A DNA stretch of 64,000 nt from Intoshia linei (lineage: Eukaryota; Animalia; Orthonectida). The first letter of the stretch is position 1. Every line of letters starts with the position of its first letter. Below are positions 50,935 to 64,000 of the stretch, in pieces. The position numbers were made by a program, and so were the translations under genes. Under the pieces are notes generated by a model that was not told the DNA's origin, ran no database searches, and saw only the letters and a list, made by a program, of their open reading frames with translations. The DNA lies in contig LWCA01000025.1 of assembly GCA_001642005.1 (NCBI GenBank), forward strand, positions 1-64,000. The letters run 5' to 3'.

Positions 50935-52263
50935 TTTTAATACTAATATTATTTTATAAAAATTGATTATGCGTTGATATTAAACTTTCATTTTTAAACT
51001 TATATTTTTTGATAAATTTGAATGTTTGTGAAAATTTAATAGATATTATCACAGAATCTAATGGCTATGGGATACATCTATAATTAATATATTCATTTTT
51101 TTGTTAAATTTTATACCAATTTCGAATATATGAGTATATTATTATTATATATATTAATATATAATTGTACTGCAATTAATAATATTTATCGAGTATAATC
51201 GGTTGAAGAGTATCTAGCCATAGACCAAGTGTCCTCATCCTCGTTACCGTGATGAAATGTAAGTTTTATCAAAAAAAATATATACTACTTTCAAATGTAT
51301 TGTACATATTGTGTAAACTATACATTCTTAACAGAGACAAAATAATTTCAAAACTGTCTCAATAAATCCCATTTTAAAAAAAGGTAATTTAGGTTTTTCA
51401 CACTAAAGGCGTAAATTTCGGAATGAAATTGGCAACAAACATTTTTATCAAAAATTTGTATTAAAAATTTAGTTTTTTTAATTATAGGACGCTTAATTTT
51501 TTAATTAAACGTTACACACATAGATAGGCATTGAATTTTATATGATTGAAGGATACATTTGGTGTCCAAGAAACCTTAAAATTAAAAATTAGTGCTCATC
51601 TGTTAAAAAAGGCGAGGACCTAGTGCACAATCTACCATACCGAGAAGTGATTGTAATTTCCCGGGAAATTTCATAAATCAAAAACCGAAAATTCAAAATT
51701 ATATTTACCGAGAAAAATTATTATTTACTAAAATTATAATTAATAATAATTAATTAATAAATATAATTTATTACTATAATACAAAAAAAAAATTATTTAT
51801 TCAATATGCAAGTATGAAAAATTTAATCTAGTCAAGGAGGCGCCCGATTTATGCGATTGATAAATCCTAATCATCGTACTAAACGATGCTAAAAACCCAT
51901 AATAAAGAATAAAGTTGTAGAATATTATACAAATTGATTATAGATAGTGAACAGATTAGAGTGATTAGATTAGAGAAAATAGTGAGATATAATACTGATT
52001 ATAATGAGCCAATTATAGTAAAAAATATTTAAAACGGTGTTGAAGATGAAAAAATTTAAAAATAAATAATTTACATATTTACTCAAATAACCACCAAAAT
52101 TATTCTGTGCGCTACTAGTTGCCGACCCTGCTGTATATAATCTACATTGTACAATGTACATCTGTATTGCATAAGTGTAAAGTGATGCAGAAGTATAGAA
52201 TTTAAAATGTATTATATATATAATTATTTTTTATTACAAATATTTCAAATACATCGCATTCAT

Positions 52264-55200
52264 TTACATGTTGTGTGCTAGTTTCATTTCCTTAATTGAT
52301 TCAGCAAGTTCATTGAATGGTTTATCAATTTCAGCAAATAATATACAGTTTTTTATGGTTTTCATATTATTAATATAGATAATAATAGCAAAAATATTAC
52401 TAATAAATAATATATTAATATGATTACTTTACATATTAAGATGTGCCCTCATTTAAAAAAACGAAAATAACTAACAAATAAATATAAGACTTTTTATTAC
52501 CAAAACGACGCGGTACCTTAAATTTGTTAAATTGTAAAAATTTAATTTGTTAATTTAATTGTTAGAAAATACCGAGCACATCGTTTTGTCATAAATAAAA
52601 AGTTTGATCATTCCACGCTGGATATTTTTGACTGATTAAAACAGAATTTTGTTTGAATAGACAGATTGATCTATAATAGGGGTGTCAGACTCAATTTGCT
52701 AGACGGGCCAAATGTAAAAAAAATTATTACGCGGGCCGCACAAAAAAAATCTTTACTCAAAAAATTATGTTAAAAGTAACAGATTTAATTAATTTTAATT
52801 CATAAAATAAAATATGAAACAATAAAAATGGAATAAATGTAAAAATAATGTTAAAATTGTAATAATGAATAAATAAATCATGAAAAATATATGAAAAGAC
52901 TGTAAAATAAGAAATATGTGTGAAAAATTGTTATAAAAAATAAAAATTTATATTATAACGCGGGCCGCACATTCCATAATTAGGGGCCGCAAATGGCCCG
53001 AGGTCGCATATTTAACACCCCTATAGATTCTATACAGTAGAGTTGTGAAACACGGTATAAAGTTTGTTTTCGGATTAAATTTGGTTAAGGGTTTTTATTT
53101 ATGACATTTTAAATGTCATATTTGAACCGTGTTGCAGAATTCTAACAAACAGTACTCTTCCTCTCTAGATTTCCAATGTTGAGACTTGGTCAATATTAGA
53201 ACATTACAGAAAATGAAAATTAGATAGAGAATATTTTACATTAATTAATTGTAGAATATTAAATTTCAAAGTGAAGATAATTACCTCTGTTGCAACCATT
53301 CAGATTGAAATTTATATCTAATTAATATTAATTGAAAACTTATATAATAATAAATATGAAAATTTAAACTAAATCATTATATGTAGATTAATAGTTAAAA
53401 ATTACTTTGTCGATTTATTTATTAACCCAATGTAGCAAATTCTATTTAAATAATAATGAATTCTAAAAAATTTTCTAAAATAATTCAATTAGTAAAATTT
53501 CACTTCATATACACTTGATAAGATGATAAAACTTACAATCGACCAGAATCAGTTATAACCAGACCATTATTTCCAAATTGAAATGTACAGTGAATTTTGG
53601 AGATATTTTTATCATGTATTTGCTTCGAGCATTGTTTTAGTCCGACATCATTTTCAATGTAGCTTATATTTATTTCTCCGACATAATATGCTTCGAAAAC
53701 TAAATGACTTTGAAATACTACAGTATACTATCAATCTACAGTGTAGATTCTATACTATACAGGTTATAAATATATTCAATGATATAAAAAAATAATATAT
53801 AATATTTATTATGATATGTTATAATTAACTAACTTGAATTTTTTTTTTCGTCAGGAGATATATTTAGAGATGATGAAACAATGACTAAAATATACATTAA
53901 TTATTTTAATTAGCAATATTATTAGTTAAAACCAACCTTTCATGACTGGTAAAATTAGTTTCACCGCCAATATTCCACTATTAAACATATGATCATGAAT
54001 GAGACTAGTTAATGAATCTAAATTATACATTATAATTCATAAAAACTTTGAAATTACTTTAGTTAATAGAAATTTCATGTATAGTCAAAACTCACTTCAG
54101 TGCACAACATACTTGAGAATGATTTGATGATTCAAAAAAATTAACAAACTAAATTTTATGTACAACCTTATTAATATTTATAAAAATATTTAAAGATTTT
54201 CGACTATTCGAATAAATATTAGCCTAAAATTTAATGCGATACGATTATAGTCGATCTTTTATAACTATCAAATTTTTTTGCAAATTATTTAATACATCCA
54301 TATAATATACAGACAACGTTTTTTAAAGATACATATAACCCGTTCATTATGCGCATATACACAAACCGGATCACGATAAAATACATACAATTTAAACATA
54401 TTATTCTTAAAACCCCTCAACTCTGACACATCAATGGAAAACTGTACAATATACAATTACTGTAAAATAAATCATTTTCGGTAGAATTAATCTTCAATCC
54501 TTGCTTGGTTGATAAAATAAGATAATGATAAATCTTTATGTTTGATGAAATATCTAAAATGTAAATTTATTCTATGTAATGTCTCTAATGTGATTATATA
54601 TAATCACGTTATTGTAAATAAACTATAAGTACATATACCATATATAATATATTATACATATGTGTATTTAATGGGTATATTTATTTCTTCACCGAAAACG
54701 ATGGCATTTATGGTATACCGTATAAACCAGTATTGACAGCTAAATCATAGGCATTTTCTATGGATACACTACGCCTAATGATAAAATTTCCTGTCCGACC
54801 TTTCCTGAGTTGCATTTCGGCTATCAAATACTCAATGAATAGACACATTTTAAAAATATTAATTAGGTACAGTATACATTATAATTGTGACACGTGGATT
54901 TTATGATCTAAACTTAAAAGTTGATTTTTCAAAAATTTTTATCAAAAAAATTAAAAATTTATATAGTGACATGTTGACGTCAATTTTGACAAATGATGGC
55001 GAATTCAGAGTCAATTAATGTAATTTTATCTACATCAAATTTTTCAGTACATTTACAATAACCCATCTCCTTTATAAATAAACATTACTCAAAGTTGAAA
55101 GATTTGGTATACTGCACTAATTTTAATAAGTTCAAAGATTATAATATACCTTGCACTTTAGATATAGAAGGCATAAACCATAAAGACATGGTAGTTTTAA

Positions 55201-58200
55201 TATTGGTTAAATCTGATTGTCTACATAATACTATTTAAGGTTTATAAATGTGTTATTTTTATTCAATTAATATTTGTGATATATAATTTAAGTAGACGTA
55301 AGGCAGTCTTCGTTAAACCAGAACGTGAGATATTTTGATTTTTTTAGAATTCTTCAAAATAAATTCACGTTGAAAATCTAATTTAAAATCCTACTATTCA
55401 CTATTATCAATCCTTTAAAGAAGTGGTTCCCAAATTTGTGTCAAATGGAAGCATCATATCACATTACTTTTTATTTTAAAGTAAATTATTCCATCTTAAT
55501 TTTTTGTTTGTTAACATTTGCGTAAAGAATTTTAAAAACAATTGTTATCCCATTTTTTTAATTTATTATATCTTATTATATCTTATTATACATCCCGAAA
55601 AAAACTGTAATTGAAATGTGGACTTTATAAAATTCTAAGACTGGTAGTTATTTCAATAAACGATAACACAAACAAATATTGCATAGTATATTATAATATG
55701 CTATGATTATATAAGTAAGAACAAAAATCACGTAGCATATTATATAAGTTAAGATTTAATACAATATCTTTACAAATTGGTTAAAAAAACTTCCCGTAAA
55801 CGCCCTACAAAATTTTGAATATAAGATAATATAAATATGAATAAAGAAACTTAGTAAAATTTCGTGAAAAAATCAATGATATAATAAATTAGCAAAATCG
55901 ATGCTTATGTCGCTTTCAGATGTATCGCTCCAACAATACATCGCTCAAATTTAAATTTAAATCAAATTAATGTCGCTCCAGAGAATAAACGTTAAGATAA
56001 ACTATGGATCTATAGTTTTTATTCCATTATTAATTAATGTCCAGTCTGGTTAATGTTTTTTGAAAAATAAAATTTTTAAAACACTACCAACATATTTAGA
56101 CATTCATTAGTCATCCTGTGTGACATGGATTTTTATTTTAATGAAAAAGTTGACACCCTACACATACATGTACCTTTGTTGTATTGTGTCCAGTGAACAG
56201 TGTCTACTGAAAAGGTTAAAAATAGGAAAATTACTTTGAAATTGGCTCAATCGCAGTATTACATGAATCCAATTCTGCATAATCTAAGAAATGTATTAAT
56301 TTATATTATAAATAAGCATCGTATCGTTTAAATTACCCATATCAGCATCATTATTTAATTGATTCTAAAATGGAATCAAATTTTTCAAGTAAATTTTTAA
56401 TATAATAGCTACACTTTTTTATAATACAGATAAAACGTACATGATTATCAAAAACACTGCTTTCAGAGATGATGGGTAATTTAGAATCAATAGACATATT
56501 ATGTAAGGCATAATTTAATAATTTCGGATTAATGGTATCACGTGCGGCCTGCAAATTGCTCATATGAACATTTCCTCTATCAGACGATAAATCATTTGGG
56601 CGCATTGTTTCAAAAACCGGGCTATTTTGAGATTTAAAATTTGGTTTTTGAATAAAATCGCTCTTTTTCACAAAAGAATTTATTCTCATACTAGTAAGAG
56701 TATCTTCATTCATATTATTACTTAAATATTGATAGTTATGCGAAATTGATCTAAATTGAATAATTTTATTATTTCAATTTTTATTTTTAACTGAAATATC
56801 TAATCTAATTAACTCAATATCAAATAAAACGTACAAGTTTCACTTACAATTTAGTATAGGTTGACATTATATCTTTTTAATTACAGTCCATCAAAGATTA
56901 TTAATTACGAATTACTACTTACCATTGTACAGTGGACACAACAATTAATGTTTTTAAAAAAATTAAAAGTTAAAAAGATGCACCTTTTAAAATGTTACCT
57001 ATTATAATTTTTTTGATTCTCTGATTTATCCATAGTCAGTAAATATTCAATATTGGGCGTAATCTTAGTATTCTCGAGGTCGAAAGAATCGGGTGAAAAG
57101 GAATCTACACTATCTATTATAGTTTTTTGTTTACAGAGCGTATTATCGTTAAATATTGTAGCAGATTGGTGCCTGTATTGTTCACTAAATTGTTTTTGCT
57201 AAAAAATTGTAAAGATTAATACTGTTCTACAGGTTTTTTCTTGATATTAAAAAATTTTCTTATCCTAGTTTTAAGTTTATCCTTCATATTCAATTGATTT
57301 GTAGATTGAGTTTTACGTGCTGTACAGTATAAATGTAAATACTATGTAAATATTTTACTTACTTTGATAGAATTGAGAATTAATCTAAAAATAAAATGAA
57401 ATATTTTTCAATGATATACTAGTATACTTTATTTAAACAACTTTGTCGATGCTTGTATTCTTCCAAAGTTGGAATCTGACTTGGTCTCTTTGATAGTGTC
57501 AAACGCAAACATGAGTCTCGTGAGTATGAAATTGATTTTCGCTTTATTTTATTTTGATTGTTTACATCTTCGGAAAATGTATCTCCAATATCTGCATCGA
57601 TTTCATTTTCGTAGACCGTTTCATTTTCAATTTCTTTCATTTGCTTATATGAATCTCGATGCGCATTTCCAATTCTTGTACTAGTTAATCTAGATGGTTC
57701 TTGAATGTCAGGGAATGTGCGAGTCAAATACATGCTACCTAAAGATTTTTTTTAAGTATACATTTACATTTTCAATGGTTTGGAATTTATAAATTTTATT
57801 AAATTATTTTCAAAATATTTTGTATTTTATGTTAACAGATAACACTGGAATTATCGACATTTTAATTGTCCCACGATTTCTAATTAGAGCGCTACTATTC
57901 ACAATACTCGTTAAATTTAATATAAATTGTGTAATTTATTTTACATATAATACGACAATCAGTGTCTATATTTCAATACCTTTCATTACATACATTGTAC
58001 AATTATTTTATAATGTTATTTTAGTACAATATAGTAAAAAATAATATAAAGTATGGTTTTTAAATATGTGAATCAATATGACAGCATTGTCATAATTTTA
58101 TCAATACCACTCGTGGATATTTTATTTCAAAATCCTTATAAACCCATAATTCACCTTATTTAATTTTTTGTCCTATTTTCAATTTGAAATTTAAAACTTT

Positions 58201-59500
58201 TTTTAGGACTATAAATTGGCCTGGGTCATAAATTTTAATATAATAATTAAATAAAACCGCTGCTCCTAAAATAGAACAATGGAGGTTTCTCAATAAGTTT
58301 TTACACTTGTAAGTAATTTAATACTAAAGAATTCACTTTTACATGATTTTCACGTTTTATATTAGTATTTCTGAGCCTTTATGTTTTAAAAACAACTTTA
58401 TGTTACTGAAAATGTCTATAATATGTAATAAATGTATATAATTTTCATGGACCCCCAAAAAAGTGCTGTGGACCCCATTGAGAATGGCTGATATACACAG
58501 CATAATTTTTGAAAACTTTATTCTTTTATTTTCATACATTTTCACATAGGTAATTTATAAATAATACAAGTTTAAATTAAAACATAAATTCCAGGCGTGT
58601 GGTGATACATGAAATTGCATCAGACAGTGAAAGGGTTAAGATATAAATGTGAAGTATTTTTTAATAAATTGGGGCCTCTTTTTAAGATATAAATGTAAAG
58701 TACTTTTATTAATTTGGGGGCACTTTTTAATGAGGGGCCCTGGGCTACAGCCCATATTGCCCATACCTTAAAACGGTTCTGGTGTTAACTATCATACAGT
58801 GCGCGACATGAGTCTTAGGCACCCTACACATACTCATTATAAACCACTATAAATTTAACAAGATGCACCTGATGGGTTGTCGTACTACTCTAGAGAAAAA
58901 ATATTTCCTTCATTATAATGAATTAGATAACAATGTCATGAAGGTATCGTGATTTAAACATCATTTGGAACAAATAGAAAATCCGATGTATACTTCAAGT
59001 TAGTTAAAGTTAACTCTAAAAAATACACCAAGAAGCACTTGATATGTTCTTGCCAAAATAGATACAGCTTATTCCAATTCATTAGATACAAAAATTCAAC
59101 CTCAGAATTAAAGTATTTCAGATGAAAAATAACATTTAATATATTACATATTATATTTAGAATATCGATATTTTTCAATATAAATTAGAAATGAAAATTT
59201 TTATTATACAATTTGTCAATTTATAAAACAAAAATGTCAATCATACTTATTAAAGACATAATCAAAATATTAAACTAACCTGCAAAGATAAATAAACTAA
59301 CCTCCAACAAATAAATCTCCATTTAATGTGGATGAACTAGATTCTTTACTTAATATACTCTTTGCATAACTAGAATCATTGTAATCAATTATGGTTGCTT
59401 CATTTTTTTCTAAATGTAAAAATTTTTTGATACTTTTAATTTTGTTCTTGGGCTCAACTTTAGTGTTCACAAACACATTCCCGGGTCGATAATCTTTCAT
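52264..59500 (-). CDS. TNS (tensin): tensin-family protein (low-complexity N-terminus, SH2, PTB)
   Basis: SH2 exons at about 55220-55150 (MSLWFMPSISKVQ), 54821-54719 (GNFIIRRSVSIENAYDLAV), 54553-54461 (IYHYLILSTKQGLKI) and 54018-53937 (SLTSLIHDH..LAVKLILP). PTB exons at about 53699-53536 (FEAYYVG..FQFGNNGLVITDSGR), 53474-53406 (KFFRIHY), 53317-53285 and 52399-52264 (IFAII..NCILFAEID). These parallel tensin motifs GAFIIRDS, ITLTDNQRKLFFRRHY and CHLFAELD. Joining of the N-terminal exons (56351-59500 ORFs) is inferred. Confidence 0.82.
52677..53023. mobile_element. hAT/Charlie-like MITE
   Basis: Termini TAGGGGTGTCAGA and TTTAACACCCCTA with internal CGCGGGCCGCAC repeats. Confidence 0.75.
55360..55754 (-). 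mobile_element. internally deleted Helitron-like copy with duplicated 5' end
   Basis: Matches 15295-15500 joined to 17335-17448; includes (TTATTATATC) x3. Confidence 0.7.
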
Positions 59501-59603
59501 TTAAAATAATGTCTATTTGAAAAACAAATTTAAATGTTTGTAAATAAATAAAACAATTTTATTTTAGTCTTGAATAAATAAATTTCTATACATATTTACA
59601 ATT

Positions 59604-62600
59604 TTACATTTTTTGTTTTTTTGAATATGTGTTTCGGTGCTTGTATTTGCTCTTTCTTTTCCCATTACTCTAAAATTATATTAAATTGAAATTCATACAT
59701 TTAATGCATTTTTAAAATAAAATTAAAATTTACCGAACTATTCATTTTAGAAATAACCATATTTTCCCAATATTTTTCTTCATCTTCAGTGTTTAACTTT
59801 CCGATAGTAAATTTAGTATCTAAATTGTACTCAAACATTTTGTCGGAATTTTCTTCAACTTTTGATGTAAATTTATCAGAATCATTTTCTTCTCTGAATC
59901 GGACAACAATCTAAAATTACAATATAAATATATAAATAAAAGTATTCAAAGCAGTATTCTCCATATAACTCGCCGTATCAAAGTTGCACTAGCGATTTTT
60001 AGACACAAAAAAATGTAATCAAATAATATATTGATAGTAATCAACTCTACGAATAGATAGGTAAACTACAAACACCTAACATGTCAATTAATAAAAATTT
60101 TATAAATTTAGGTAATTCATCGTAAAAATGTAATCAACGTACGCCATACTATGTAAATAAATAAATGTGACATAATTTTGACAATTTTTGATGAATGGCA
60201 ATGTGTACTGTTAATAGTGTTAGCATAAAAAATGGGAAGAATCTAGTCATAATGTAATATAAAAATTCGACAATGTTGGTTCATACAAGGTTCTATTTTG
60301 TACATCTCTATATAAAAAAAGTTGTAATACGTATAAATAAAATGTAATCAATTTTAATTCTAATTAAAAAGATTAAACTAAAATAAATATCACGTAATGA
60401 CCTTTTCCTGTATTTCCATATATAGAAATGTACAAAATAGATAATAAAAAAAAATTAAATAGTTAAATATATTGAAAACCTTGTCAGCGTTTAGATCGAC
60501 CCAATCGACTTGGCATACTTGGCACAGTTTCTCTTTCAGTATTTTTAAATCAACACTCTTTAAATTATTACCGATCAATGTTACTAAAATGTTGGGTTTT
60601 TTGTATTTTTTCAGAATCTATAAAGAAAAATAAATAAAAATATAAAATTAATCAGTACAAAAAATTCACTTTTTCAAAAATTGTATTTATTAAATTTTCT
60701 CATCTCAATCCCTTGACATATTCAATTGTTTTCTATGGTAAAACAGCAAATAAAAAAATTAGAAAAAGCGAAGTGATTTTTTACATGAGTACTCATTGAG
60801 CACTAAAAATAAAATATATAAACACGCCCATTACAATTATATTTCACATATTTCAGTTTCATGTTATATCTCATTACTCATTTTTATTACAATATTAATC
60901 TAAATGATTAGTTATAAAGTATAATTAAATACACATTTTTCATTTCGAAATCGGACAAAATCTGGGATTACATTTTGAAATACTTAACCAAAAAAAATTA
61001 TTTTCATATCATTGTATGCAGTTTAATTTAATTAATAATATAAAATTTTATAACTTAATAAGGGTCAAGATGAAAAAATTTGATCTAACGAGTAAAACTG
61101 AATTCAAAATAGTAATACAATATGTAATTTAATTAAAAATATGCAAATTTTTAATGCATTCTATATATAAATTGAATCAGTCCCTGGTTTATTATTTGTA
61201 ATTTCATAATTTTTTTTAACATACACATTCTCGTTGTTCATCAATTTTTGATTTATTTCTAAATTCAACATTGTAGTGATATACTTTTTTATATAATTTT
61301 AGTACTATAGCCAGCAGAAGAATGGTCGTAAGTAAGGTACCACTCAACTGTAAAATTAGTTGTGAACTATTTGGAGTCAAAAATAATTTTTTATAAAATT
61401 GATTCTACTGATATCGCGTAATTAAAGCCAGGGTCGCCGAGAGACAACAGTGGTCCCAGTTAAATGAAAATTGAGGCCAACATATACAAATTAAAAAGTG
61501 TTAAATTCAAACTTTTTATATTTTTACTCTACTGAAGAAAAAAACTTTCTCTCCACCATACAAAAATGTTTCTAACAACCAATTCTTTTCAAATCATAAC
61601 CAATGGTAATTGGTCATTAAGGGCTGAAGCCCCACCACAATTTTGACCAATATAAAAAATTTTCATAATTTTAAAATATATATTTCGTATAAAAATAATA
61701 AAAATCTACATTGTACATTAGGGTAGAAGTTATCAACCTTTTAAACCAACGCCACCAATACACTAGTATTCATAAATGTCTTAAATCTAGACTCTAAATC
61801 AACGCGCCTCTATGATAAAAAAAACTATCCTAACTTATATAATATGCTACGCGATTTTTGTTTGTGTGTGTTCCACTTTATTGAAATAACCACTAGTCTT
61901 AGAATTTTATATAGTTCACATTTCAATTACAGTTTTTTCCGGGACGTATAATAAGATAAATTTCAACCTCCAAGCTCACATCTTACGGGTCAAAAACCCC
62001 AATTGTCCCTCTTTTTGAAATTCAAACGAGTTAGAGAATTTAAAAAACGGTTTTATGATATTGGTATTTATATCTCTTCTTTAACATATTTCAATTTTTT
62101 TTGTATCTCTACTCAATATTTTATTTAAAATTTCAGTTATAATATTATATTAATATTATGTATTATATATTATTTAATATTCAGTAAAAATATCAAACAT
62201 GTATTTTATATTTTTGGTTGAAGCGCACCGAAATGTTAAAGAAGCGCCTAAGTGTAAAAGTCATATTACAGTTCAATACATGCAACACACATATTCTTGC
62301 AACCGACCAATTATTTTGTCTACGAGCCGCCACTGATCGTAGCTTAACTTTTTTATTCATGTATTTTTAGTATTTCAAAGTCATTTTAAAAACATCTGAA
62401 AAAACTAACAATATAATCTGAAAAGTTACATAATTTTTTAAATTATGCTTGGTCAGTTACAAAAAAATACAGAATTTTAATTAAACTAAACTATACAAAC
62501 GTGACATTGAGTACTAGGCCATAATTAAGTCCAATATATGGAAAAGATCGGTAATTATTAACAAATAGTAATACAAAACAATATAATACTAGTTAATCTA

Positions 62601-64000
62601 AATTTTAGATGAAATTTTTTTGTAGATTTAGAAAAAAATATTTTTTCAGAAATGGAAATATCATACGCGTTTATAACGTACTAGGACCAAATTAATTGAA
62701 AAATCATACCACTACTGAGTAATTTTATATAAATGTATCTATCTAAAGATATTACTTACGTTTAAATAGAAAAATTGAATACATTTCGAAAACTGTCATT
62801 AAAATGGATCCAGCGTTAGAAAAAGTTAACAAACTAATAGACTAAACTTGACAAACTTAAGAAATTTTTGACAATTCATTTTTCCATTTCAACATTTAAA
62901 AATGATATTCCATTATATCTTTCAAAATAACATAATAGTAAAGACAACAAAACCCTTGAGAAAAACTCATCACATCCCTAATAAAGATAAATGTATCATT
63001 AAAAATGAACATAAATAATATTATAAATTACAATTTATCCTTTTCATTTTTTCGCTTTTCTATCATGTCCAAAAAATATTCTTGTCTAATAAATTATAAT
63101 AAAAACAAACCAATAAATATTTTTTATTGAAATTTCATAACGTATTTAGTTTATCGTAAAATAAAAAAATTGATGTCCTCAATGAACAAAAAAGACCTAT
63201 TTTCACAGAGATGTATAAAATGTTTAAATTTAAATCACATCACATCAACCTAATTAAAAAACCTATACAACCTATATTATACATGTATGATATAGCCTAA
63301 TATAAACACAGTGAAGAGTCACCAGTAGGCTCTATATTCAAACAAAAATGTCCATCGGATCAATAGATACTTTTCCGTATAAGACATTTATAATTTAAAA
63401 TATTAGACACATTAATGATTGAGCCTCCCATAATGGTGTCTAATGATTGCTGCAAAGTTCTATCTATAATAAAAACTTACTGAGTCATTTTTTTTATTGA
63501 TATATCAGAATCAAGATATTTTAAATCTTTAACCAAAACAAATTTTTCAACGTCTTCAAGTTTTGAAAACACAACAAATGCAGATCCCTAATTAGATGTA
63601 AAAAAATATAAAATATATATACATTTAACTTTCGGTGCATATCACGCGTTAAGAAAATTAGTTCTACGTCACCGTGTTTAGAAATATATTTTTCTACATT
63701 ATCCAAAGTTAAATTTATAATAGGGAATCCGGACTAAACGAAATTTTAAAAAATATTTAAATGATCTTACAATAAAAACAGTTTTTTCGTCAATTTGTTT
63801 TTGCAAATCTGCCGTATCTTTAGGGAAAGCTTTAGAAATACAACGTCTAATTTTGATAAAATCTTCCGACACTTCGATAAAATGATCATTCTTAAAAACA
63901 TCTCCAATGACTGCATTTTCTATTTTCATTTCTTTTAACTTTTTAAAAGTTTGTAAAACATCCAATTTCACCCCTAAACGGAAATTAATATGAATATTTA
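59604..64000 (-). CDS. SSB: La protein (La motif, RRM1, RRM2); 5' end outside the window
   Basis: Exons 63973-63771 (VKLDVLQTFKKL..IEVSED..KIRR), 63733-63623 (SGFP..TLDNVEKY), 63587 to about 63481 (GSAFVVF), about 63086-63031, about 60617-60480 (VDWVD), 59910-59734 (IVVRF..EEKYWE) and 59669-59604 (basic NLS-like tail, stop). One linking exon is unresolved. Confidence 0.88.
61828..62046 (+). mobile_element. Helitron-like 5' fragment in La intron
   Basis: A|TCCTAACTTATATAATATGCTACGCGATTTTTGTTTGTGTGTG is the reverse complement of about 17230-17448. Confidence 0.75.

Noticed and set aside
53583-57684. Plus-strand ORFs 53583-53795 and 57469-57684
   Set aside because: Antisense to tensin exons.

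Overview
Very AT-rich eukaryotic (metazoan) genomic DNA, not prokaryotic; no CRISPR, rRNA or tRNA seen. Manual splicing gives six recognisable genes: PICK1 (-, 6339-10518), mitochondrial citrate carrier SLC25A1 (+, 12348-22224), COUP-TF/NR2F (+, 35246-40547), an M13 neprilysin-like peptidase (+, 42089-49379), a short tensin with only SH2+PTB (-, 52264-59500) and La/SSB (-, 59604 to the window end). There is also a CatSper-like single-repeat channel with an apparently charge-less voltage sensor (-, 49569 to about 50934) and an orphan exon (-, 40665-40920). Introns are bimodal: many are 35-44 nt, and the long ones are filled with DNA-transposon debris (mariner, Tc1, pogo, MULE, hAT/hATm MITEs, many Helitron copies). 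The tiny introns, low GC and divergent bilaterian genes suggest a reduced parasite such as the orthonectid Intoshia; this is inference and was not verified. Best leads: (1) an operon-like La-to-tensin junction with an unpaired splice acceptor; (2) the degenerate CatSper-like channel; (3) a Helitron carrying a membrane-protein exon; (4) a duplicated donor or possible recursive splice site in tensin. All coordinates were read by eye, and homologue sequences quoted for comparison are recalled, not aligned.
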